A stretch of 64,000 nucleotides of DNA from a virus. Its lineage: Duplodnaviria; Heunggongvirae; Uroviricota; Caudoviricetes. The stretch lies in IMG/VR virus record IMGVR_UViG_3300025000_000056. The stretch is one strand, 5' to 3'. Numbering within the stretch: position 1 is the first letter of the stretch; each line of letters starts with the position of its first letter. The notes beneath the pieces were generated by a model. The model did no database searches. It was not told the origin of the DNA and was given only the letters and a program-made list of their open reading frames with translations. A program made the position numbers and the translations under genes. This document shows positions 1-8,567 of this stretch, one piece after another.

Positions 1-1
1 C

Positions 2-163
2 TTTTATTCCGGTAAGACTCGAAACGCCGTTAAGGCTGAGATCGTGAGACTTGGTGGTGCTTTATTTAAGACCTTTGTTATCTATGATGGTTCAGTAACT
101 CAGGATCCAGACGTTGAAAGCTTATATCGATATCATAAGGAGGAGTCAATATTAAAACCTTAG
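2..163 (+). CDS. 3' end of an upstream gene (partial, hypothetical)
   Basis: Open frame from window start to TAG at 161-163; no start inside the window. Confidence 0.3.
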   Translation, partial: FYSGKTRNAVKAEIVRLGGALFKTFVIYDGSVTQDPDVESLYRYHKEESILKP

Positions 164-264
164 AGCAAATCAAAAGTGATTCACTCATTCAGGTCGTAAC
201 CGCATCACAATTAGGAGAGGGAGGAATTGCTAATATAATTCTCCCAGAATCTAAAGAAGAGGCT

Positions 265-504
265 TTGGTAGTATTTAGCTGGGGCATGGGCTGGGATCAT
301 GTTTCTGTTAGTTTATCTAATCGTTGCTTAACTTGGGAAGAGATGTGTTATATCAAAGGCCTATTCTTCTTAGAAGATGAGTGCGTTGTTCAGTATCATC
401 CGGCTAAATCCGATTATGTTAATATGCATCCTTATTGTCTTCACTTGTGGAAAGTTCAAGATCAAGAAATGCCTAAACCGCCTAAGATTATGATTGGCTG
501 GTGA
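265..504 (+). CDS. hypothetical protein, start uncertain (TTG 265, ATG 286, or in-frame ATT 226 after a strong RBS)
   Basis: ORF track. Strong RBS GGAGAGGGAGGA at 214-225 lies directly before in-frame ATT 226. Confidence 0.3.
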   Translation: MVVFSWGMGWDHVSVSLSNRCLTWEEMCYIKGLFFLEDECVVQYHPAKSDYVNMHPYCLHLWKVQDQEMPKPPKIMIGW

Positions 505-965
505 TAATCATGGATGAAGTAAGGCTAATATGTCCTGGTTGTAAGTCTAAGTTTTATGAAGTTAATCTAGAAAGTATGCCGCCTAAACGTGAAGCTCATT
601 GTCCTAATCGTTGTGTTGAGCTTGATTGGTTTAAGAGGACAGATCCTACGATTCATGTGACTCAGCAAGAAATTAATAACCTGTTTTATAATCGATCGGG
701 TTCTATTGCAACGTCGCCAGTTGTTTTAAGTACTGGTAATATTGTTCGTGCTGTTCCACAAGTTGATGAGATCTGGGTTGATCATGATGGTAAAGACTGG
801 CAGATTAGAGCCATTGCTGATTGCAATAATGAAAACTTAGTTGTTATCATACCAGTGAATCAAGAGTGGCGTTGTAAAGCCATACCAGCACCTGAATTCA
901 TGGGTACGATCTGGGTTCCACATTTACGAGGTTATGTCTTTAGATTCATGCATAATGTTATTTAA
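501..965 (+). CDS. hypothetical protein with N-terminal CxxC...CxxxC zinc-ribbon
   Basis: ORF track; ATG overlaps the upstream stop (ATGA). Confidence 0.5.
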   Translation: MIIMDEVRLICPGCKSKFYEVNLESMPPKREAHCPNRCVELDWFKRTDPTIHVTQQEINNLFYNRSGSIATSPVVLSTGNIVRAVPQVDEIWVDHDGKDWQIRAIADCNNENLVVIIPVNQEWRCKAIPAPEFMGTIWVPHLRGYVFRFMHNVI

Positions 966-977
966 GGAGGACTAATC

Positions 978-1196
978 TTGGATGATATTTTAAAACAAGT
1001 TGCTGATATTTCTACTAAGATGGACGAAATTCAAGTTCAACGCGATCTGCTTGAAAAAGAGCTCAAGCAGATCGTTAAGGATCATGCTGATGATGATCTA
1101 TCAGTTTTAGAAGAAATATTCAATAGCATGACAGACTGTTATGTGAAATATTCTTTATTCAATATTATGCTCAAGAAGAGGGAGGATAAGTTATGA
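978..1196 (+). CDS. small acidic helical protein
   Basis: TTG start 9 nt after AAGGAGG; lies in the operon with the Cys-rich peptide and radical SAM gene. Confidence 0.45.
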   Translation: MDDILKQVADISTKMDEIQVQRDLLEKELKQIVKDHADDDLSVLEEIFNSMTDCYVKYSLFNIMLKKREDKL

Positions 1197-1414
1197 ATCA
1201 AAATCAAGTAAACTATCATCAGTGTGCTGATGACGATGGTGATTGCGCTTCGAATAAATGCATGTGTCAGGCCATTTGTTCAATGGATGCCGTTAGAGCA
1301 TGCGGTGGCTGCTGGATGTATTGTAGTAAGAACCCTGAAGTCTCTGACGAGAAGCGTGAAGACTATGATTTACTTAAAGAACCAGACGATCGTGAAGCCA
1401 AGACATTTGAGTAA
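1193..1414 (+). CDS. Cys-rich 73-aa peptide (8 Cys within 34 residues, acidic C-terminal half); candidate radical-SAM substrate or metal-binding peptide
   Basis: Sequence CADDDGDCASNKCMCQAICSMDAVRACGGCWMYC; ATGA overlap with the upstream gene; sits immediately 5' of the radical SAM gene. Confidence 0.5.
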   Translation: MNQNQVNYHQCADDDGDCASNKCMCQAICSMDAVRACGGCWMYCSKNPEVSDEKREDYDLLKEPDDREAKTFE

Positions 1415-1426
1415 GGAGTTGATGCT

Positions 1427-2158
1427 GTGTTAGTAAGAATCACAAATCAATGTCATATGGGATGTTCGCATTGTTTTATTAATGCTGGGCCAGAAGAAGA
1501 CCATATGACGGCTGATACACTTAAAGAGCTTGTTAAGTTCTTGAGTATTAGTACTCCGCTCGTCTTACTGGTTTCAGGCGGAGAACCAACCGAACACCCG
1601 GACTTTATTGACATCATGGAAACATTCCAGGAGATGATTCCATCAACCAGATTACTTATCTTAAGTAATGGTATGTTTCTACGTGATCCAGAGTTAACTG
1701 CTAAGGTTCTTAATCTAGGCATTGACCTACAAATAACCAATGATCCGCAATACTATCCACTAAAGATTCCGATTATAAAGCACAAGCTTCTGACTTATGA
1801 ACACAAGATCCGTAGTATTTATCCATTAGGTCGTGCCGTTGTTAATAACATTCCTACGGGTAATCAATTGGGACCTAAGTGCTTTAATCTTAGGTCTTTA
1901 GTTCGAAGTAATGCGGTATCAACCATGCCTGAGCTTATAGCTTATCTTGAGAGAAAGCTGTTAAAGTTCTGTAATCCTTCGATTGACTACAATGGTTATA
2001 TCCATGCCGGTGAAGCCGATCAGTGCTTTATTATAGGCCACATCACAGACGATCCCGTAACGATTATTAATCATATTCGTGATATGAAGTATGGTGATTG
2101 TAATCGCTGTGGTCTTGAATCCAAATTACGAGACAAATACCGTAAGGTATTATTATAA
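1427..2158 (+). CDS. radical SAM enzyme (compact, AnSME/PqqE-like N-terminus; C-terminal Cys cluster)
   Basis: GTG start 8 nt after AAGGAG; NQCHMGCSHC is a CxxxCxxC motif; VSGGEP SAM-binding motif; C-terminal cysteines C(FNL), C(NPS), C(FIIG), CNRC. Confidence 0.75.
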   Translation: MLVRITNQCHMGCSHCFINAGPEEDHMTADTLKELVKFLSISTPLVLLVSGGEPTEHPDFIDIMETFQEMIPSTRLLILSNGMFLRDPELTAKVLNLGIDLQITNDPQYYPLKIPIIKHKLLTYEHKIRSIYPLGRAVVNNIPTGNQLGPKCFNLRSLVRSNAVSTMPELIAYLERKLLKFCNPSIDYNGYIHAGEADQCFIIGHITDDPVTIINHIRDMKYGDCNRCGLESKLRDKYRKVLL

Positions 2159-2172
2159 GGAGGAAGATTATC

Positions 2173-3909
2173 TTGTTTAAAACAGATTCAGTAGAAGACA
2201 TATTACTCAAAACGACTGATTGTACAGAGCAAATATTAGCTCTATCTCATGATTTATTTTCAATGTCACTTGAGGATAATGAGCTTATGTTTGAGGTCAG
2301 AAACGAAATTTCCAGGCGTTTATATAATGCCGATATCATAACGAGAACAGGGACCGTTAAAATCTCTTCTATGGATATTCTCTTGTCAATTCATACGTCG
2401 GATTCCTTTAGCTGGGTTGAGTACCGCGCTGAAAGATTAAAATCAGCTACAATCGATGACAAATTTGATGAAAGTGACGACGGCAATCAAATGTTAGTCA
2501 TGTGTTATATTTGTTATTGTTACTTTAAGTCAAAGTTTAAAGACATTAACAAATTAGCAGACATCACGCGTCCGGTACCTATTCCGCTCTTTATCAACAT
2601 AGCCAATAAGGACAAAAACCTTGAAATATTATTTAAGGATGAAGAAGGATGTGAGTATTCCGGTACATTAGACGAGATCATGCTTCGTAGAAACATATTC
2701 TCTATGAGATTAATATTGTCAATCAATATTATCTCAAAGGGTAAAGACGGCTACGTTAAGAATCTGGCTGAATTTGATTTACCCTTTAAAGATCATGCCA
2801 GCAAGCTCGAAGATATCGGACTAACACCCATTACTCTAGAAATCAAGGCTAGATTAACAGAACGTGGAAGAACTTATGTTAAGTATACTAAAGAACCGTC
2901 GTATTGTAGCTATAATGACTTTGCATTTAGGCCTGGTTCATGGTTTGGCGACATCCGAACTAAGGTCGATGGTCGAGTCATGGTTGATATTAATGCCATG
3001 AGAGTTCTTAACTCTAGTCTTGATGACGAGTGGTACACTGGAGACCCATTCGATGATGACGATGGTGTAATACAATCTATTCCTGAAACTGATCTATGGA
3101 TGGCATCACCGATTGTCTTCGGATTCTCCTTTACGACCAAAGACTGGTTACGAATGAAAATCGATAGCATCAAGGATATTGTGTTTTCAGATACAGCGTT
3201 CGATGAATTGATTGTTCCAGCCACATACAAGAGTATCTTCTTATCTAGTCTAACAAATAACATGCCTTCTCTTGATAGTATCGAAGGAAAAGGTAACGGT
3301 AAGATCTTCTTGCTTTATGGCCCTCCGGGCTGCGGCAAAACAATGACGGCTGAATCCGTTGCAGAGTTCTTACGGATGCCGATCTATTATGTTTCTGTAG
3401 GAGATCTTGGCGTATCACCAGAATCCATGGAATCGAGTTTGTCTAATATCATGGATATCGCCATTAGCTGGAATGCTATAGTATTACTCGATGAAGTCGA
3501 TGTCTTCGCCGTTAAGCGACTCGGTGCTGACATTCAAAGAAATGCTATGACGGCTATATTACTCCGTCTGCTTGAGAGATTCAATGGGATATTGTTTATG
3601 ACAACAAATCTGATTGACAATCTCGACGAAGCCTTCAAGAGCAGAGCCACGGCTACTATTGAATATGCTGAACTCTCTAGTATAGAGAGAGCGACTATTT
3701 GGAGAAGTCTGCTTTATAAAGCAGACGCTCTTGATATCGTAATTCATGATGAGGTCTTCTCTCGTGTTAGTACGCTTGCTGATTATAAACTCAATGGACG
3801 GGATATTAAGAACTGTATCAGACTTGCTTATTCCGTAGCGATGTCTAAACCTGATAAGATTCTTGATAACGAGATTCTTGATTCTGTCTTAGCATTAAGA
3901 TCAGCGTAG
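2173..3909 (+). CDS. AAA+ ATPase with a roughly 320-aa N-terminal domain of unknown function
   Basis: TTG start after AAGGAGGAAG; Walker A GPPGCGKT; Walker B ILLDEVD. Confidence 0.75.
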   Translation: MFKTDSVEDILLKTTDCTEQILALSHDLFSMSLEDNELMFEVRNEISRRLYNADIITRTGTVKISSMDILLSIHTSDSFSWVEYRAERLKSATIDDKFDESDDGNQMLVMCYICYCYFKSKFKDINKLADITRPVPIPLFINIANKDKNLEILFKDEEGCEYSGTLDEIMLRRNIFSMRLILSINIISKGKDGYVKNLAEFDLPFKDHASKLEDIGLTPITLEIKARLTERGRTYVKYTKEPSYCSYNDFAFRPGSWFGDIRTKVDGRVMVDINAMRVLNSSLDDEWYTGDPFDDDDGVIQSIPETDLWMASPIVFGFSFTTKDWLRMKIDSIKDIVFSDTAFDELIVPATYKSIFLSSLTNNMPSLDSIEGKGNGKIFLLYGPPGCGKTMTAESVAEFLRMPIYYVSVGDLGVSPESMESSLSNIMDIAISWNAIVLLDEVDVFAVKRLGADIQRNAMTAILLRLLERFNGILFMTTNLIDNLDEAFKSRATATIEYAELSSIERATIWRSLLYKADALDIVIHDEVFSRVSTLADYKLNGRDIKNCIRLAYSVAMSKPDKILDNEILDSVLALRSA

Positions 3910-3910
3910 G

Positions 3911-4297
3911 CTATCGTTCTGAATTGAGCTTGTCTATGTAAATTAGTACAAGCTCAATTTGTTCTTCGTTCATCTTAGACATCTTTTGAGATATTATAGC
4001 ACTATATGATCTATTGAAACCACGTTTGTTCTTTCGATCATTATGAATTACAGAATGACATTTATTACAGTAGAAGGTTAAATCCGATAGTTTTTCTTTA
4101 CCTAATCTCTTATAAGTGTTGTGATGTATATGAAAATAGTTCTTAAAGATTCCATTACATCGTTGACAGGTATACTTATCACGTTCAGCTACCTGAATCC
4201 TTAGTGCTTTCCAATGAGCTGTGTTTAAATAGTCTTGATATGTTAGTGCAATTTCACCTGTACTACATTTAATATTATTCATTGGATTGTGACCCAT
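3911..4297 (-). CDS. HNH homing-type endonuclease (only clear minus-strand gene)
   Basis: HNH core CQRCNG...HIHHN...CNKCH..IHN; start taken at the internal ATG 8 nt after AAGGAG. Confidence 0.75.
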   Translation of the reverse strand: MGHNPMNNIKCSTGEIALTYQDYLNTAHWKALRIQVAERDKYTCQRCNGIFKNYFHIHHNTYKRLGKEKLSDLTFYCNKCHSVIHNDRKNKRGFNRSYSAIISQKMSKMNEEQIELVLIYIDKLNSER

Positions 4298-4347
4298 TAT
4301 CAACACTCCTTAACTATTACTTCTTTGGTGAATGGGTATAGTTATCT

Positions 4348-4394
4348 CCTGACGCCCGCATAAATAAGTAATATGCGGGCGTCAGGAGATTGCC
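4348..4394. repeat. perfect 19-bp inverted repeat hairpin (ATCTCCTGACGCCCGCATA / TATGCGGGCGTCAGGAGAT)
   Basis: Read directly from sequence; lies upstream of the minus-strand HNH start. Confidence 0.6.
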
Positions 4395-4761
4395 TTATTA
4401 CTTCTTCGGAGCCTATGTAATATCCTTTACTCAGCTACGGTATTACTACCAAGCACACTACCATCGCCATTTCTGCCCAGCGGGTTTAATGCGTGTACTC
4501 CTCTGATCTTCATCCAGAAACCTCCAGCCCATTTGAGACGGTTATTCGGCCGTCCATCCAGCACGTAGGTCCAGGCGAGAGTAAAGGTACTCGCTATTAC
4601 ATGCTACTGCATCTCGATTCTGAGGGTTGCAATGTTACCCAGGGTTTTTATAGTGTGTTTGATTCCCCTTAAAACCACTAACATTGACGTGGATGTCGCA
4701 CCATAAGGTTCAGTCTTGTCAGGACTGGGACATCTAACTTATTCAATTATTGCATAGTAAA

Positions 4762-4792
4762 AGCCGGTAGCTTATGCAACTACCGGCTTTAA
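4762..4792. terminator. 11-bp stem hairpin AAAGCCGGTAG-CTTATGCAA-CTACCGGCTTT
   Basis: Inverted repeat read from sequence; strand of action unclear. Confidence 0.4.
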
Positions 4793-4844
4793 GATTTGTT
4801 ATATAAATTTACCTAGTATCACAAAGCCTCTTGTAGACTTGTTC

Positions 4845-4875
4845 ACTCTATGGTATAATTTATGTAACAAATCTC
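4845..4875 (+). promoter_or_regulatory. promoter-like element (TGGTATAAT extended -10 plus GTAACAA motif) followed by structured leader hairpins
   Basis: tggtataatttatgtaacaaat, then hairpins aatgcatggcgttgcatt and cccttcgaa...ttcgagggg. Confidence 0.35.
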
Positions 4876-5005
4876 AATGCATGGCGTTGCATTCTGAGAG
4901 AGAGCCCTTCGAATTGCAAGTTCGAGGGGTTCTTGTTGTTTATGTATTGTCAATCCTGATAATGTTTTAAGTATAGCACCTAGAATACTATAATACAAGT
5001 CATGA

Positions 5006-5290
5006 TTGGAGGAGATGTTAATGGCATTATCAGATAAGGATTTAACCGACTATATTAAGAGAATGGTTGAAACTAATTTGGACGATCAGTCTCCAGAACT
5101 TCAAGCTAAGGTTGAGACTTATATCAAAGCATTGGTTGAACTTCACGAACATAACGGCTGGAGTAATTGGGATTTAATTAAGTGTGTTGATCGTATAGCC
5201 ATTGTAGTGGATTCTAAAGTAGCTCAATGGAATGGCTATACATTAACAGTTGCTGATTTACTTCCTAAGATTAATTTTCCTATGTTCTAA
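5006..5290 (+). CDS. hypothetical protein
   Basis: ORF track; GGAGGAG RBS; upstream -10 tactataat. Confidence 0.5.
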   Translation: MEEMLMALSDKDLTDYIKRMVETNLDDQSPELQAKVETYIKALVELHEHNGWSNWDLIKCVDRIAIVVDSKVAQWNGYTLTVADLLPKINFPMF

Positions 5291-5302
5291 GTCATTTCAT
5301 AA

Positions 5303-5332
5303 TCCCTTCCTTGCTTTGCAGGAAGGGATTAT
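5303..5332 (+). terminator. GC-rich hairpin AATCCCTTCC...GGAAGGGATT after stop codon
   Basis: Inverted repeat read from sequence. Confidence 0.45.
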
Positions 5333-5357
5333 TACATTAAATAAGGAGGAATGACTC

Positions 5358-5618
5358 ATGGAACGCGATCGTAATACCGATCAAGACGGTGATAAAGAAC
5401 CACAACCGATACCACAGACGATCACAATGACCCAGGAACAACTTCAAGCCATAATCACATCCGCAGTACAAACGGCATTAGCCACGGCCAATTTGACACA
5501 TACTGATCCTAACAATATTGTGAATCAAGTTGTTAACGTCCCTGTTCAATTACTCAGTTCTGCTGTAAACTTTGTTGGCGATGTTTTAAGCATTCTCACC
5601 CTTAATAAGAAAGCTTAA
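5358..5618 (+). CDS. hypothetical protein
   Basis: ORF track; AAGGAGG RBS. Confidence 0.5.
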   Translation: MERDRNTDQDGDKEPQPIPQTITMTQEQLQAIITSAVQTALATANLTHTDPNNIVNQVVNVPVQLLSSAVNFVGDVLSILTLNKKA

Positions 5619-5622
5619 TGTT

Positions 5623-5660
5623 TATTTCCCTTCTCTCCTCCCTTCGGGAGAAGGGAAATA
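5623..5660 (+). terminator. pyrimidine-arm/purine-arm hairpin (TTTCCCTTCTCTCCTCCC-TTCG-GGAGAAGGGAAA), family member
   Basis: Inverted repeat; belongs to the recurring CCC-TTCG-GGG hairpin family. Confidence 0.5.
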
Positions 5661-5686
5661 AAACACACTTAAAGGAGTTGATCAAC

Positions 5687-5818
5687 ATGACAATCCTTGG
5701 TGTATCAATTCTACTCGGTGTCTTTTGTATGTTAACTAAAACCCTTAGCCGTCCATGGACTGAGCAGGATATTAAATCCGCTATTGAACAGTATCGTTCT
5801 TGGAATAACATGAGATGA
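5687..5818 (+). CDS. small membrane protein (43 aa)
   Basis: ATG after AAAGGAG RBS. The longer tracked ORF (5618..) is only an in-frame translation of the upstream hairpin. Confidence 0.4.
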   Translation: MTILGVSILLGVFCMLTKTLSRPWTEQDIKSAIEQYRSWNNMR

Positions 5819-5825
5819 GGTGTTC

Positions 5826-6044
5826 ATGATTCAACCTATGCCCAAGGAAGTTGAAGAGGCATTGGCGCAACGTGATGTAGCGTTCAATGCCTTTGACAAC
5901 GCTGAGCCTAGTCATATTGACTTAGCCATTGAACAACTGAATATTGCCCTTGCCCGTGTTGATTTCATGTATCGAAAGTATAAACTTAGTTCACCTTTCC
6001 CTTCTTCCCTTCCCGAAAGGGAAGAAGGGAAAGGATTCACTTAA
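5826..6044 (+). CDS. hypothetical protein (start 5820 GTG or 5826 ATG)
   Basis: ORF track; 3' end overlaps the hairpin at 5991-6037. Confidence 0.4.
   Translation: MIQPMPKEVEEALAQRDVAFNAFDNAEPSHIDLAIEQLNIALARVDFMYRKYKLSSPFPSSLPEREEGKGFT
5991..6037 (+). terminator. pyrimidine/purine hairpin CCTTTCCCTTCTTCCCTTCCC-GAAA-GGGAAGAAGGGAAAGG, family member
   Basis: Inverted repeat read from sequence. Confidence 0.5.
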
Positions 6045-6072
6045 CCTAAACTAAATTAAAGGAGGAATCAAC

Positions 6073-6696
6073 ATGTTTCAAGTTAACACACTCGTAGGTA
6101 AAACGACTAACTTGGTTTTGTTTTCAAGTAAAGATCCATCTAAAGGGAATACACTTCGCGGTAGTCTCTATATGCCATATGGCATGCCTCAAGACAAGGT
6201 AGTTAATGGGGAGGCTCGTAAGATTCGCGATAACATGTTTGTTCCGATTGTCGCATTTGGTGCTAATGCTGATAAACTCCATGAAGTCTTTGGCCCAGTC
6301 GATAAAGTAGCATCACCACGTCGCGTTGCCTTAATCGGCGAATGGCAGCCTACTATTCTTCAGCCTAGCCCAACTAAACCTAAGATTATTAAGGCTAAAG
6401 TTAATATCGATGGTAAATCCGTCGATATTAATCTTGACGCTGCAGAACTTGCTAAGACGTTAGCTAAAGACTTTTATTATACTGGCTGGGAGTTCCGAGT
6501 TATTTATTGGCGCTATGCTGACGATATGCCCGAAGGTACTCAAATTAGTTCAGGTAGCGGACTTGTAGCTACAATTTCTACAGGAGGCAGTTCAGTAACT
6601 GAAGGTGGAGTTGAAGTAGACGGAGCCGTCGGAACAACTGAAACACTAGCAGGCGACACCTTCAGCGCCGGAGCCCTGGACGATGTTCCATTTTAA
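6073..6696 (+). CDS. putative ssDNA-binding/annealing protein with SSB-like acidic C-terminal tip (..ALDDVPF)
   Basis: AAAGGAGG RBS; C-terminal DDVPF resembles the SSB tail DDDIPF; Gly/Ser-rich linker precedes the tip. Confidence 0.45.
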   Translation: MFQVNTLVGKTTNLVLFSSKDPSKGNTLRGSLYMPYGMPQDKVVNGEARKIRDNMFVPIVAFGANADKLHEVFGPVDKVASPRRVALIGEWQPTILQPSPTKPKIIKAKVNIDGKSVDINLDAAELAKTLAKDFYYTGWEFRVIYWRYADDMPEGTQISSGSGLVATISTGGSSVTEGGVEVDGAVGTTETLAGDTFSAGALDDVPF

Positions 6697-6699
6697 ACT

Positions 6700-6790
6700 G
6701 TAAACCATTACAATTTGTAATACTAATTGACATAAAGTGCCTCTAATGGTATAATCAAATTAATATTTGTACTGAATTAGGAGGCTTAAA
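6700..6790 (+). promoter_or_regulatory. two tandem promoter-like elements (attacaatttgtaatact ; aatggtataat)
   Basis: Matches the recurring TTGTTACAA...TGnTATAAT motif family. Confidence 0.4.
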
Positions 6791-6793
6791 CTT

Positions 6794-7126
6794 ATGCCAG
6801 AAGTATCAGAAGAAGATGGACTAGCAGTTCAATTATCGAAGGCAGTTGATCAATTTCTTGAGGGTAACGAAAGCGTTACATCACAGGAATTAGTCACTGC
6901 CTTTTCAGAGCTTATCATTGATGTTATTATGCAGTCAACACCTAAAGAGCTTACCGTAGAAGGCGTTATTGACCAGGCAACTAAGCAAGCTGAGTACATT
7001 TTGAAATGCCTTGAACTCTACAATAAGAAAGTCTCTGTATCTATGGGTGTTCAGTCTGTCGCTCTAAACATGGTGAATATGTATCTTATTGATTCGTTGA
7101 GAAAGGAAGAGACACCGATTGAGTAG
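6794..7126 (+). CDS. hypothetical protein
   Basis: ORF track; AGGAGG RBS. Confidence 0.5.
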   Translation: MPEVSEEDGLAVQLSKAVDQFLEGNESVTSQELVTAFSELIIDVIMQSTPKELTVEGVIDQATKQAEYILKCLELYNKKVSVSMGVQSVALNMVNMYLIDSLRKEETPIE

Positions 7127-7526
7127 AGAAGATTATTTACCCGCTGACCATATTGAAAGTCGTGATGTAGTACTAGACACCGTTATGAAAGCAATTTATG
7201 ATCTAGTTACTACTTCGCCTAAGAAATTTGATATCTCAGCCATTATTGCTGGAATGTCCGGTGCTATCTCTCAGAGTATGTATGATATTATGAGAGATGA
7301 ACACGGAGCAGAAGAAGCCACTAAGATCATTGAAAGTTTTAGTGATGCTGGTTTTGATATGCTACTTGCCATTAAAGAGATAGCTAAGAAGAATCAGTTT
7401 CCAGGCGAAGTCATTGTACTTAGTATCGCTACATCGCTTGAAAGTCTTATCAGCGCATCGATCGTAGAATCAATTTCTAACCAAAATAAAGAGGAGAGTG
7501 CTACTAATGCAACAATTACCGAGTGA
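7119..7526 (+). CDS. hypothetical protein
   Basis: ORF track; overlaps the upstream stop. Confidence 0.45.
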   Translation: MSREDYLPADHIESRDVVLDTVMKAIYDLVTTSPKKFDISAIIAGMSGAISQSMYDIMRDEHGAEEATKIIESFSDAGFDMLLAIKEIAKKNQFPGEVIVLSIATSLESLISASIVESISNQNKEESATNATITE

Positions 7527-8172
7527 TTTAAGTGAAAAACTACGCGAGATTATTTCAGGAATCATGAATCAAGCAAAACCGGAATTAACGCCTCACCAGG
7601 CTAATCTTGTAGCAACCGTAAACGGCTTAACAGAATTTACTAATAAGTTCCACGAAGCCAATCCTAATATTGAGGGTTATGAAGTCCTCGAATCACTTCA
7701 GGTTTTCTCCTTACATCAGATAATGGCTTCTTATCCTAATGAAGGAGCATACAATGAAGCTGAAAAAGCAGCAAACGAAATGCGAAATAAGATCCATGCC
7801 TTTATTAAGGAGCTTATGAATGCCGATCTAGCATCGGGTCAGAGTGATCCGCGGATCATGGTTATGGCGATTCTTCAATTGGCTGGTTCTGCTATGCATA
7901 GCTTTGAAGTCGTCAAGAGTGTAGATAATTCTATCAAGGACTTTCTATCGAAACTAACAATGCCCAAGGCAGCGACTGATCCTACTCCGAGTAGCTCATC
8001 GCCCGCTTCGGAAGCGCCACCATGTAGTTGTGGTCATTGTCAATCAAGTCAAACTCCAGCTCAACCTAGTAATCTGCCTCCGAACCTTGCAGAGATGCTT
8101 AAGAATTGCGTTGTCGTTGATATTTCCGAGCTCATGAATGAGAATCGTAAAAATCCATTTAAACTGCATTAA
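7507..8172 (+). CDS. hypothetical protein (CSCGHC motif, Ser/Pro-rich C-terminal region)
   Basis: ATG 10 nt after GAGGAG. Confidence 0.45.
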   Translation: MQQLPSDLSEKLREIISGIMNQAKPELTPHQANLVATVNGLTEFTNKFHEANPNIEGYEVLESLQVFSLHQIMASYPNEGAYNEAEKAANEMRNKIHAFIKELMNADLASGQSDPRIMVMAILQLAGSAMHSFEVVKSVDNSIKDFLSKLTMPKAATDPTPSSSSPASEAPPCSCGHCQSSQTPAQPSNLPPNLAEMLKNCVVVDISELMNENRKNPFKLH

Positions 8173-8395
8173 ATACGAAAGCATGCTTAAGTAACTTAGG
8201 GAAATGCTCATTATAAGTAACCTAGTAGTCGAAACAATTGAAGACTCCCAAGTAAGTCGAATCTGCACGAGCAACGCGGAGGGGATGACATGCGAAGACG
8301 CGAACGGATTATATATAAAAACACCGACGATGAATCGGCTAGACGAGTACCTAGTTATTTTAAGTCTTTGTATTGCAAGTACTATTTAATAATAT

Positions 8396-8464
8396 TAGCC
8401 ATTAGCTCAGTGAATAGAGTCCCGTTAATAACGGTGATGCGTGAGTTTGATCCTCACATGGCTA
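8396..8464 (+). ncRNA. 69-nt tRNA-like element: perfect 7-bp acceptor, D-arm and T-arm, but anticodon arm replaced by a 5-bp stem with 3-nt loop (TLE family)
   Basis: Acceptor tagccat/atggcta; D-arm gctc-agtgaata-gagt; anticodon arm ccgtt-aat-aacgg; T-arm gtgag-tttgatc-ctcac. Lies in the ORF-poor stretch 8173-8567, inside two weak tracked ORFs. Confidence 0.5.
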
Positions 8465-8474
8465 TAATTTACAA

Positions 8475-8503
8475 TGTCCCCTCCCTCCTTTTGGGAGGGG
8501 ACA
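8475..8503 (+). terminator. hairpin ATGTCCCCTCCCTCC-TTTTG-GGAGGGGACAT, family member
   Basis: Inverted repeat read from sequence. Confidence 0.5.
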
Positions 8504-8567
8504 TTAGTATATTTTAATCACAATTGGTAACACTAAATGTAATACGATAGAGGAGTGTGTAATTAAC

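Noticed and set aside
1224-1433. 69-codon ORF overlapping the Cys-rich peptide gene in another frame
   Set aside because: No RBS and fully embedded in a better-supported gene. Likely spurious.
4307-4800. Group I intron carrying the HNH endonuclease ORF
   Set aside because: HNH is on the minus strand and no minus-strand host gene is interrupted. The conserved group I P/Q/R/S or P7 elements could not be recognised by eye. No exon continuity exists across the region.
8204-8517. Two tracked ORFs (8204-8389, 8290-8517) in the interval between genes 7507 and 8568
   Set aside because: No RBS and low-complexity, unusual composition. The second ORF is built over the tRNA-like element and the GC-rich hairpin. 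Treated as non-coding.
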